In this document: piece by piece, positions 1-7,167 of the stretch
How the letters are laid out: each line of letters starts with the position of its first letter
Position numbering within the stretch: the first letter of the stretch is position 1
Assembly: GCA_947630445.1 (NCBI GenBank)
Contig: CANRHQ010000005.1
Location: 1-55,635, forward strand
Direction of reading: 5' to 3'
Origin: an uncultured Clostridia bacterium
GTDB lineage: Bacteria > Bacillota > Clostridia > TANB77 > CAG-508
DNA: 55,635 nucleotides
Notes under the pieces: model-generated
The model's input: the letters and a program-made list of their open reading frames with translations, nothing else
Told to the model about the DNA's origin: nothing
Database searches by the model: none
Position numbers and translations under genes: made by a program

Positions 1-86
1 GTACCTACACTTATTCCTGCTAATATTATTAGCACTACTACTGTTATTACTACTGCTATTAATGTTATTCCTTTGTTTCTTTCCAT
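1..86 (-). CDS. Pilin-like protein (prepilin-type N-terminal hydrophobic module), 5' end only; the gene body lies left of the window
   Basis: ATG = rc of 84-86; AGGAGG = rc of 94-99 (7-nt spacer). Translates MERNKGITLIAVVITVVVLIILAGISVG.., the same basic-leader/Gly/hydrophobic module as the ORFs starting at 777, 6911 and 55512. Confidence 0.6.
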   Translation of the reverse strand, partial: MERNKGITLIAVVITVVVLIILAGISVG

Positions 87-106
87 ATTCATTCCTCCTT
101 TGCTTC

Positions 107-284
107 TCTTTAATTTATCTACTTAAAGATACTTATAAATTAATTATACCATGTTTTGACAAGAAATACAAGATATTTACAAAATGTAAAATCAGTATTT
201 TAATATAGCAAAAAAACAAGTTAAAAGTAATAAATAAAGACCTCCCGAAAAGAATAAAAAATCCTTAATTAGATAAATTAAGGA
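107..284 (-). promoter_or_regulatory. Candidate invertible promoter cassette, ON orientation toward the gene at 1-86
   Basis: 24-nt inverted repeats 107-130 / 261-284 (21 of 24 positions complementary) flank exactly 130 bp. That segment carries, on the minus strand, TTGTAT (rc 166-171), a 17-nt spacer, then TGgTATAAT (rc 143-151). The -10 box lies 12 nt from the gene-proximal repeat, as in the cassettes at 6934-7117 and 55557-55625. Caveat: the distal repeat is itself palindromic and could be a simple hairpin. Confidence 0.45.
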
Positions 285-300
285 TAAAATATTTAATTTT

Positions 301-352
301 CTTATATAATAAAAGATCAACTATATAAATAGCTGATCTTTTATTATATAAG
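301..352. terminator. Long AT-rich hairpin (19-bp perfect stem, 14-nt loop); probable bidirectional terminator/insulator between divergent pilin-like genes
   Basis: cttatataataaaagatca (301-319) is the exact reverse complement of tgatcttttattatataag (334-352). Confidence 0.5.
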
Positions 353-618
353 CGTAAAAAATACTTTCCCTTTTTAATTATTTTTGTTGTATAAAATTAT
401 ATATTTATGGTTTTAAATGCTTTTCTAAAAATAAAGAACCATCAAAGTATTTTCTTGTTCTACAGTTAAATAATATTTGATTTTTTTCTTATTGCATCAG
501 ATAATTTCATCGTTAATCTCCTACAAAACTTAAAATTCAATAAAATTATAACTAAATACAATAATTCACCACTTTGATACATTGAAAAATATATTTTTTC
601 AATTTGGAGAACAATTTG

Positions 619-647
619 TTGAATTTAAAAAATTAATATGTTATAAT
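619..647 (+). promoter_or_regulatory. Sigma-A-type promoter for the gene at 777
   Basis: TTGAAT (619-624), 17-nt spacer, TGt-TATAAT (639-647, extended -10). No convincing flanking inverted-repeat pair found here. Confidence 0.5.
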
Positions 648-776
648 TTAAATAACTTCAATTTACTAAAATATAAATGAAAGATAAAATTTCTGAAAAA
701 TGGAAAAAGTAATCTTTTTATAGTTAAATTAAGAAATACACATGTCTTCCACAAAAGACAAAGAAAGGGGTTAATT

Positions 777-2276
777 ATGAAAAATTTAAAAAGAAATGTT
801 GATGGTATTACACTTATTGCACTAGTTGTAACCATCGTAGTGCTTTTAATATTAGCAGGAGTAAGTATAAGAATGTTATTAGGAGAAGATGGATTAATAA
901 AAATGGCAACTAAATCTGTTGATGAATACAATAAATCATCAGATGAAGAACAAAAACAATTAGATGACGAAAATAAGTACATAAATGATTTACTAAACAC
1001 AAACCCAAGCGAAGAAAATTATGATGATGTTACAGGTGGAGAAATAAAATTAATGGATACACCACTTACAATTAACACTTGCGATGGATACTATGATACA
1101 TTTTTTACGAATGGAATTGCACAAAGTTTAAGTTATACTAATCAACAAGAAATAAGAATTATTGAAGATAAAGAAACTGGAAAAATTAGTGATAAATTTA
1201 CATCATTTAATTCTGTTTTAACACAAACCAAAAATGAGTCAGGTGCAAGAACAGATTTAATAGTGGGTTGGGATCCAGATAAATATTGGTCTGATATTCC
1301 AAACAACATGATGGCTAATGCACCATATGCATTAGAATTTATGACAGATGCAGACGAAATAATTTTTTATGCTTGTGGATATATAAGAATTTCTGTTGAT
1401 TATCTTGATGGAAAAGGATATTTAATGTCAACTCTAGAAGGTTTTAAGGTTGAAGCAAATGGTACTTATAATGGTTATGTATGTGTGAATTTTGGAGAAA
1501 ACGGCAATAAGCAAAAAAATGTAAAAATTGAAACAGAAGGATCACTTAATTCATTCATTATTGGTAGCGACAAAACAATAGAAAAAGTAGTAAACCGTAA
1601 TCCAAAAAAAATATTATTTATAGGAGATAGTTGGACCGAAGGAGTAGCTATAGATGATGGAAAACGTTATCTATCATTTTCAAACATTATAGCTGATCGA
1701 TTAAATATGGCTTGTATTAATAATGGAATAGGAGGATCTGGTTATAATGAATTAACAATATCTAAGCAAGGTACTGGTCAAGGTATTGAATATGCATATG
1801 AAAAGAGATTAAATAAACAGTTAACTACTTTTCATCCTGATGTTATTGTAATAAATGGTGGTGGAAATGATGTAACTAGTGAAAAAAACATAGACGTAGA
1901 AACAACTAAAGCTCAAGCTGATTCACTATATAGCAAATTAAAAGAATACAAAGACAGCAATGCTGGTTGCAAAGTTGTTATAATGGGAGTAGAATATTTA
2001 GGAGATCCAGTTTTAGAGGAGAAAACTAGAGCATTAAATAATGCTTTAATAGAAACAGCACAAAAATATAACCTTCCATATATAGACTATGTTACAGGAG
2101 ATACTTATGGAGAAAATGGAGAAAAAATAACCATCGGCTCAGGTCCATATATAACAGAAGATTTAAAATCAAAATATATTTATTCAGATAATTTCCATCC
2201 AACAGAAGAGGGTCATAAATATTTAGGAAATGTCTTAGCAGTAGAAATGGAGAAAGCACTTAGAAGTATAAAATAA
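777..2276 (+). CDS. Pilin-like N-terminal module fused to an SGNH/GDSL-family hydrolase domain
   Basis: GAAAGGGG ends at 770, 6 nt before the ATG. N-terminus MKNLKRNVDG/ITLIALVVTIVVLLILAGV. C-terminal half has SGNH blocks FIGDSWTEG (block I), GGNDV (block III) and DNFHPTEEGH (block V). Confidence 0.85.
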   Translation: MKNLKRNVDGITLIALVVTIVVLLILAGVSIRMLLGEDGLIKMATKSVDEYNKSSDEEQKQLDDENKYINDLLNTNPSEENYDDVTGGEIKLMDTPLTINTCDGYYDTFFTNGIAQSLSYTNQQEIRIIEDKETGKISDKFTSFNSVLTQTKNESGARTDLIVGWDPDKYWSDIPNNMMANAPYALEFMTDADEIIFYACGYIRISVDYLDGKGYLMSTLEGFKVEANGTYNGYVCVNFGENGNKQKNVKIETEGSLNSFIIGSDKTIEKVVNRNPKKILFIGDSWTEGVAIDDGKRYLSFSNIIADRLNMACINNGIGGSGYNELTISKQGTGQGIEYAYEKRLNKQLTTFHPDVIVINGGGNDVTSEKNIDVETTKAQADSLYSKLKEYKDSNAGCKVVIMGVEYLGDPVLEEKTRALNNALIETAQKYNLPYIDYVTGDTYGENGEKITIGSGPYITEDLKSKYIYSDNFHPTEEGHKYLGNVLAVEMEKALRSIK

Positions 2277-2296
2277 TTATAAAATATTTATAAAGT

Positions 2297-2323
2297 CATA
2301 ACCACCAAAAATTGGTGGTTATG
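2297..2323. terminator. Hairpin shared by convergent genes (777-2276 and clpC)
   Basis: cataaccacca (2297-2307) pairs with tggtggttatg (2313-2323), 5-nt loop. It overlaps the clpC stop codon. U-tracts are weak. Confidence 0.5.
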
Positions 2324-4763
2324 ATTGATAACTGATTTTAATTTTATTTTCATTTACACTTACAATTGCATTTCTATTTTTTTCTAAATTTCCATCAAGT
2401 ATTTCTTCTGAAATCTTATTCTCTATTACATTTTGTATTGTCCTTCTTAATGGTCTAGCACCAAATGCTTTATCAATTCCCTTTTGTGCAATCATTTTAA
2501 CAACATCTTGCTGTATTGTTATATAATATTTTTGTTCTCTCAATCTATTTTCTACTTGTTTTAGCATTATTTTTGTAATATTTTCAATATCTTTATCATC
2601 TAATTGATGAAATACGATAATTTCATCAATTCTATTTATAAATTCTGGTCTTAATTCTCTTTTTAATTCTTTTATAACTTCTTTTCTTATCTCTTGATAA
2701 TCATTATCTCCTGTATTTTCATTCTCTTTTCCAAAACCTAGATACTTTTTATCTGTTATATATCTTGCTCCTAAATTTGATGTCATTATTATTACAGTAT
2801 TTTTAAAATTGACTCTCCTTCCTTGTGAATCAGTTAAATGCCCATCTTCTAATATTTGTAATAATAAATTTATTACATCTGGATGTGCTTTTTCAATTTC
2901 ATCAAACAAAATAACTGAATATGGTTTTCTTCTTACTTTTTCTGTTAATTGCCCTCCATTCTCAAACCCAACATATCCTGGAGGAGAACCGATTAATTTA
3001 GAAACTGAATGTGCTTCCATATATTCTGACATATCTAATCTTAACATTGAATTTTCATTATCAAATAATATTTCTGACAATGCTTTTGATAGTTCAGTTT
3101 TACCTACTCCTGTTGGTCCAAGAAATAAAAAAGAACCTATAGGTCTTTTAGGATCTTTCAATCCTAATCTACTTCTTCTAATAGCTTTAGATACAGCTTC
3201 TACTGCTTCATTTTGTCCAACTACTCTCTCATGTAATTTTTGTTCTAATTGTCTTAATTTTTCATTATCATCTTCTGTTAATTTTTGTATTGGTATACCC
3301 GTCCATTTAGAAATAATTTCTGCTATATTTTCTTCTGATACTTGTATTACATTATTATTTTTTCTTTTTCTCCATTTTTCTAATTCTTTATTTAATTCTT
3401 CTTGCATTCTTCTTTCTGTATCTCTAATTGTAGCAGCCTTTTCAAATTCTTGATTATAAATTGCTTCCTCTTTTTCTTTTGCTGATATTTCTATTTTTTC
3501 TTGTAAACGTTTTATCTCTTCTGGTTCTGTAAAAACTTTCATTCTTACTTGAGAAGCCGCTTCATCTATCAAATCAATTGCTTTATCTGGTAAAAATCTA
3601 TCTGTTATATATCTTACTGATAAACTTACTGCCATTTCTATAGCCTCATCAGTTATTTTTACATTATGATGTGCCTCATATTTATCTCTTATTCCTTTTA
3701 GCATTTGTATAGATTCTTTCTCTGTAGGTTCACCAACATTCACAGGACTAAATCTTCTTTCTAATGCAGAATCTTTTTCTATATATCTTCTATATTCATC
3801 TATTGTAGTCGCTCCTATTAATTGTATATCACCTCTTGCTAACATAGGTTTAAGGATATTAGCTGCATCTATTGCTCCTTCTGCTGCACCAGCTCCAACT
3901 ATTGTATGTATTTCATCTATAAATAGTATTACATCTCCTACTTTTTTTACCTCTCCTAATGCCTTTTTTATCCTTTCTTCAAAATCCCCCCTATATTTAG
4001 CTCCTGCAACCATTCCTGATATATCTATACTAACAATTCTTTTCTCTTTTAAAACTTCTGGTACTTCTCCTGATACTATTTTTTCTGCCAATCCTTCTAC
4101 TATTGCTGTTTTTCCTACTCCAGGTTCTCCTATTAAACATGGATTATTTTTTGTCCTTCTCGATAATATTTGAATTATTCTTTCTATTTCTTTGTCTCTC
4201 CCTATTATATTATCAAATTTTCCCTCTTCTGCTTTTATTGTTAAGTCCTCTCCAAATTGATTTAAAGTAGTTGTTACTGAATAACTTTCCTTATTTCTTT
4301 TTATATCTTTTTCTACTTCTTTATCACTTTCCTCTTCATTTATTACTTTTGCAATTTCATTAAATATTTTATAAGGTTCAACATTTAACTCTATTAATAT
4401 TTTTACAGCTACACATTCTCCTTCTTTCATTATTGCTAACAATAAATGTTCTGTTCCTATATAGTTATATCCTATTCTTTTGGATTCTATAAACGCATTT
4501 TCTAGGACTCTTTTTGTTCTAGGTGTAAATCCTAATGATTCTTTTATTTCTTCTCCTTTTCCTAACATTTCTTCTATTTTTTTTATTACATTTTCTTCTG
4601 TAATTCCCTTATTGGTTAATACTTTTGAAGCAATTCCTTCTCCTTCTTTTACTAGTCCATATAAAATATGTTCTGTTCCTATATAATTATGTCCTAATTC
4701 AACTGATATATCATTTGCAATTTCTATTACTTTTTTAGCTCTATTTGTAAATTTATATATCAT
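2319..4763 (-). CDS. clpC: ATP-dependent Clp protease ATP-binding subunit ClpC (class III stress AAA+ chaperone)
   Basis: 814 aa. N-terminal Clp-N repeats (GHNYIGTEHILYGL / GYNYIGTEHLLLAI), two AAA+ modules with Walker A GEPGVGKT and GPTGVGKT, and a coiled-coil middle domain. Confidence 0.95.
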   Translation of the reverse strand: MIYKFTNRAKKVIEIANDISVELGHNYIGTEHILYGLVKEGEGIASKVLTNKGITEENVIKKIEEMLGKGEEIKESLGFTPRTKRVLENAFIESKRIGYNYIGTEHLLLAIMKEGECVAVKILIELNVEPYKIFNEIAKVINEEESDKEVEKDIKRNKESYSVTTTLNQFGEDLTIKAEEGKFDNIIGRDKEIERIIQILSRRTKNNPCLIGEPGVGKTAIVEGLAEKIVSGEVPEVLKEKRIVSIDISGMVAGAKYRGDFEERIKKALGEVKKVGDVILFIDEIHTIVGAGAAEGAIDAANILKPMLARGDIQLIGATTIDEYRRYIEKDSALERRFSPVNVGEPTEKESIQMLKGIRDKYEAHHNVKITDEAIEMAVSLSVRYITDRFLPDKAIDLIDEAASQVRMKVFTEPEEIKRLQEKIEISAKEKEEAIYNQEFEKAATIRDTERRMQEELNKELEKWRKRKNNNVIQVSEENIAEIISKWTGIPIQKLTEDDNEKLRQLEQKLHERVVGQNEAVEAVSKAIRRSRLGLKDPKRPIGSFLFLGPTGVGKTELSKALSEILFDNENSMLRLDMSEYMEAHSVSKLIGSPPGYVGFENGGQLTEKVRRKPYSVILFDEIEKAHPDVINLLLQILEDGHLTDSQGRRVNFKNTVIIMTSNLGARYITDKKYLGFGKENENTGDNDYQEIRKEVIKELKRELRPEFINRIDEIIVFHQLDDKDIENITKIMLKQVENRLREQKYYITIQQDVVKMIAQKGIDKAFGARPLRRTIQNVIENKISEEILDGNLEKNRNAIVSVNENKIKISYQS

Positions 4764-4924
4764 TTCTGCCTCCCATTTTCTTTTTTAGTCATTTTATCCA
4801 TTTCTTCCGCTTTTTCTTTTTGATCTGGTAATGGAACCCATGCAAAATATGATGAAACAAATTCCCCATATTGTGTAGCATCTTCTCCAACTTCTGGATG
4901 TGTTTGTTTTTGTTTTTTACTCAT
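4760..4924 (-). CDS. Small hypothetical protein (54 aa), translationally coupled to clpC
   Basis: Below the ORF-track cutoff. ATG = rc 4922-4924 with GGAGAG upstream. Encodes MSKKQKQTHPEVGEDATQYGEFVSSYFAWVPLPDQKEKAEEMDKMTKKENGRQK. Its TGA overlaps the clpC ATG (ATGA), and the clpC RBS GGGAGG lies in its last codons. Confidence 0.45.
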   Translation of the reverse strand: MSKKQKQTHPEVGEDATQYGEFVSSYFAWVPLPDQKEKAEEMDKMTKKENGRQK

Positions 4925-4981
4925 AAAAATAGCACTCTCCTTTCTTTATAAGGTATGTGCTATTTTTATTTTTTTATTCAA

Positions 4982-5056
4982 TTAATCTTTAATTCCGAAT
5001 AATAATTTTACTATTCCTCTTAAACATTTTGGAACTTTTTTTACAACAATAGTCAT
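4982..5056 (-). CDS. Possible 24-aa peptide (MTIVVKKVPKCLRGIVKLLFGIKD)
   Basis: ATG = rc 5054-5056, preceded by AAGGAGG (rc 5063-5069) that overlaps the stop of the upstream small ORF. No recognisable family. Confidence 0.2.
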   Translation of the reverse strand: MTIVVKKVPKCLRGIVKLLFGIKD

Positions 5057-5068
5057 ATGTAACCTCCT

Positions 5069-5215
5069 TTAGCAGAGTAACCATAATATTCCAACTAATA
5101 TTACTATTACTCCTATTAAAAACAACCACCCTATTGTTGGAAGGAATAATACTAATAATATACCCATTCCTAATCCTACTAAACATACTCCAAATGTTTT
5201 CTTCAAGATTTTCAT
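5069..5215 (-). CDS. Small hydrophobic membrane protein (48 aa)
   Basis: ATG = rc 5213-5215, preceded by GGAGGAA (rc 5220-5226). Encodes MKILKKTFGVCLVGLGMGILLVLFLPTIGWLFLIGVIVILVGILWLLC (two predicted TM segments). Replaces the out-of-frame track ORF 4989-5186. Confidence 0.45.
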   Translation of the reverse strand: MKILKKTFGVCLVGLGMGILLVLFLPTIGWLFLIGVIVILVGILWLLC

Positions 5216-5241
5216 TATGATTCCTCCAAGATTTTTATTAT

Positions 5242-5270
5242 ATTATATTCTTAAAGGAATTTTATGTGAA
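5242..5270 (-). promoter_or_regulatory. Possible promoter for the small-ORF/clpC transcription unit
   Basis: TTCACA (rc 5265-5270), 17-nt spacer, TATAAT (rc 5242-5247). AT-rich background makes chance matches likely. Confidence 0.3.
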
Positions 5271-5354
5271 TTATTTTGATAGTTTTTCTATATATTTTCT
5301 ATTTATAATTTTTTACTCATAGTTGTAACTTTAAAATATTGTTGATTTATTTTT

Positions 5355-6911
5355 TTAATATAAAAGAACTTTTCCTTTTATCTTTGTTCCTTTGCTTTCT
5401 ACCTCAATGTCATACGATCCATCTTCAAAAGTACTATAATCTATATAATTTCCACCTTCTTCTATATCATTTATTATATTATTTGATATATTTATAGTCC
5501 CTTTTTCATAATTATTAAATAAATAATAATCACATTTTCCACTATCTATTGTTAAGATTTTCTCATTTACAAAATCATATACAAGAATACCACGACCATT
5601 ATACATAGTGTAATCGTAACCATCTTCAGGAAGGCCAACTGCACGTAATATTTCATATTGGTCAATACTTATTGATAATTTTTTTAATATTTCTCCATCT
5701 ATTTTTATTACAAACTCATATTGTCCCATACCACCTATAAGACAACCATCAACTTCTTGACCATCAGCATCTTCAATCGTAATATCACAAAAATAATTTC
5801 TCAAACTAAAAATAATACCGGCATAAGATTCTTCCGTAAACTCTCCTTCATAGACTAGTCCCTCTGCATACATAAAAAAATCCTTTGCATTTGTATACAG
5901 TTTTACAGAATTACATACTTCTTGCATAAAATCCTCAAAATTCCCTGTTTTCGTTACTTCTGCTTCTTGTGCAGCTTTTAATACTAATTCTTCTACTGTT
6001 AATGTACCTGCATCATCATATTTAGTTCTTAATATTTCTATATATGATTCATATGCTTCTTCTGAATGATATCCCATAAAATTCATAACATAATCTTTTG
6101 GTGTAGTGGATAGCTTCTGCTTATCATATATTTCTTGCATATATCCTTCAAAACTATCTTGGGTTGTTAGTCCATCTTCTTGTGCAGCTTTTAATACTAA
6201 TTCCTCGTCTGTCATAAATTTATCTGGATTTTCTTTTAAAATTCTATCTTTCAAGTCTAAAGAAAATTTTAATGTGATAGTTTCTATTTTTCCACTTTCT
6301 CTATTATAACTCCCCTCAAGATAATACATATCTTCTATTTTTTCTTGTTCTGTTACTTCTTGTCCACTTCCATCTACTAACTTTCCTAATTGTACATCTT
6401 CACTTATATTTTTTCCATAGTATACCACATTATATGTGCCACCTGATGTAGCTGCTATAGAAGGGATCCATGGCATCGAATTTGGATGGGAAACCAACGC
6501 AGCCATCCTAGTCTTTCCTGTTACACCCTCTTCGACTACTTTTTCCAATTTATATACATCTTTTAGACCATCTTTTCCGTTTCCATATATCATTTTCTCT
6601 CCCATTAATTTTTCTACATTAATGATATATCCATCTATTCCTTCTTTTATACTTATTATTTCTTTCTCTGTCAAATAATCTATTAATGTTTTTGTATATT
6701 TACCTGTTTGTTTTTCTGTAGCATATTCTGTTGCTTTTAACTCTATTGCCTCATATATTCCTCTATGAGTTGTTTCTATTTTTGCTTTTTTGGCTTGTTC
6801 TATTATTCCGTTATCTCCTGCTAACATTGATATACTTACACCTGCTAATATTAAAAGCACCACTATTGTTACTACTAATGCTATTAATGTTATTCCTTTA
6901 TTCTTTTGCAT
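5355..6911 (-). CDS. Pilin-like N-terminal module fused to an unassigned extracellular region with an internal duplication
   Basis: Preferred start MQKNKG (ATG = rc 6909-6911) with AGGAGGA = rc 6921-6927; the track start 6941 lacks an RBS. N-terminus MQKNKG/ITLIALVVTIVVLLILAGVSI. The remaining ~480 aa carry no motif I can assign. Confidence 0.85.
   Translation of the reverse strand: MQKNKGITLIALVVTIVVLLILAGVSISMLAGDNGIIEQAKKAKIETTHRGIYEAIELKATEYATEKQTGKYTKTLIDYLTEKEIISIKEGIDGYIINVEKLMGEKMIYGNGKDGLKDVYKLEKVVEEGVTGKTRMAALVSHPNSMPWIPSIAATSGGTYNVVYYGKNISEDVQLGKLVDGSGQEVTEQEKIEDMYYLEGSYNRESGKIETITLKFSLDLKDRILKENPDKFMTDEELVLKAAQEDGLTTQDSFEGYMQEIYDKQKLSTTPKDYVMNFMGYHSEEAYESYIEILRTKYDDAGTLTVEELVLKAAQEAEVTKTGNFEDFMQEVCNSVKLYTNAKDFFMYAEGLVYEGEFTEESYAGIIFSLRNYFCDITIEDADGQEVDGCLIGGMGQYEFVIKIDGEILKKLSISIDQYEILRAVGLPEDGYDYTMYNGRGILVYDFVNEKILTIDSGKCDYYLFNNYEKGTINISNNIINDIEEGGNYIDYSTFEDGSYDIEVESKGTKIKGKVLLY
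5802..6212 (-). repeat. Internal tandem duplication (about 70-75 aa unit) inside the 5355-6911 CDS
   Basis: EELVLKAAQEDGLTTQDSFEGYMQEIYDKQKL..DYVMNFMGY..EEAYESYI is followed by EELVLKAAQEAEVTKTGNFEDFMQEVCNSVKL..DFFMYAEGL..EESYAGII. The DNA motif tcttgtgcagcttttaatactaattc occurs twice, about 220 bp apart. Confidence 0.7.
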
Positions 6912-6933
6912 AATTTTATTTCCTCCTTTGTTT

Positions 6934-7117
6934 TTTATCATTAATTTTATTAACTTAAAGAATTCTAAAATCCTCGGAGGCTTTTATTTTCTAGCTTTTA
7001 TCTTTTTATTAATCTTCATGAAATTCAAAAAAATTTTTTTAAATTCCTTGTAATCATTATTATATTATGTTATAATCACTTTATATATTTCTTTAAGTTA
7101 ATAAAATTAATGATAAA
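6934..7117. promoter_or_regulatory. Candidate invertible promoter element (inverton), OFF orientation relative to the gene at 5355-6911
   Basis: Perfect 29-bp inverted repeats: tttatcattaattttattaacttaaagaa (6934-6962) and ttctttaagttaataaaattaatgataaa (7089-7117). They flank 126 bp containing one strong promoter that faces away from the adjacent gene. Confidence 0.65.
7048..7076 (+). promoter_or_regulatory. Near-consensus sigma-A-type promoter inside the invertible segment
   Basis: TTGTAA (7048-7053), 17-nt spacer, TGt-TATAAT (7068-7076). The -10 box lies 12 nt from the right inverted repeat. Confidence 0.6.
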
Positions 7118-7134
7118 TTTTTACTATAACTATA

Positions 7135-7164
7135 AAAAAGATTGTTGTTTCCAACAATCTTTTT
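7135..7164. terminator. Rho-independent terminator after the GH15 gene (bidirectional)
   Basis: aaaaagattgttg (7135-7147) pairs with caacaatcttttt (7152-7164), 4-nt loop. The A/T runs allow function on both strands. Confidence 0.75.
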
Positions 7165-7167
7165 CTT

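Noticed and set aside
466-510. 14-aa ORF (MKLSDAIRKKSNII) with a GGAG RBS in the 87-776 intergenic region. Possibly a remnant of a regulator or recombinase, with an A7 run that could hide a frameshift.
   Set aside because: It is too short. The alternative frame after the A-run yields only about 34 aa with no recognisable HTH or recombinase motif. I treat it as chance.
581-603. 9-bp-stem hairpin (attgaaaaa / tttttcaat) just upstream of the -35 box of the 777 promoter. I considered it as a distal inverted repeat of an inverton or as an operator.
   Set aside because: It has no matching inverted copy downstream of the promoter. It is AT-only, short and weakly significant.
2809-3453. Track ORFs antisense to or overlapping long genes. 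Examples: 2809-3453 and 4480-4686 in clpC; 12440-13816 in ftsK; 20282-20886 in mutL; 31415-32629 and 33942-34895 in the hydrolase genes; 54441-55579 in the FGE gene; 641-1000 opposite the 777 gene.
   Set aside because: They are low-complexity L/F/S/I-rich translations typical of the antisense strand of AT-rich genes. They lack RBSs and overlap ORFs with clear family motifs.
4989-5186. 65-aa track ORF upstream of clpC.
   Set aside because: It has no RBS and an implausible sequence. Another frame on the same strand gives two RBS-preceded small ORFs (5069-5215 and 4982-5056) that explain the region better.
4925-5354. Search for a CtsR operator (tandem GGTCAAA heptads) upstream of clpC.
   Set aside because: No such direct repeat was seen by eye on either strand.
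6432-6533. GC-elevated patch inside the 5355-6911 gene, considered as a second DGR variable region.
   Set aside because: It is not C-terminal and has no NNC/NNT enrichment. It still uses adenine-containing codons such as GGA, ACA and AAG. A mosaic or recombined segment, or a constrained domain core, is more likely.
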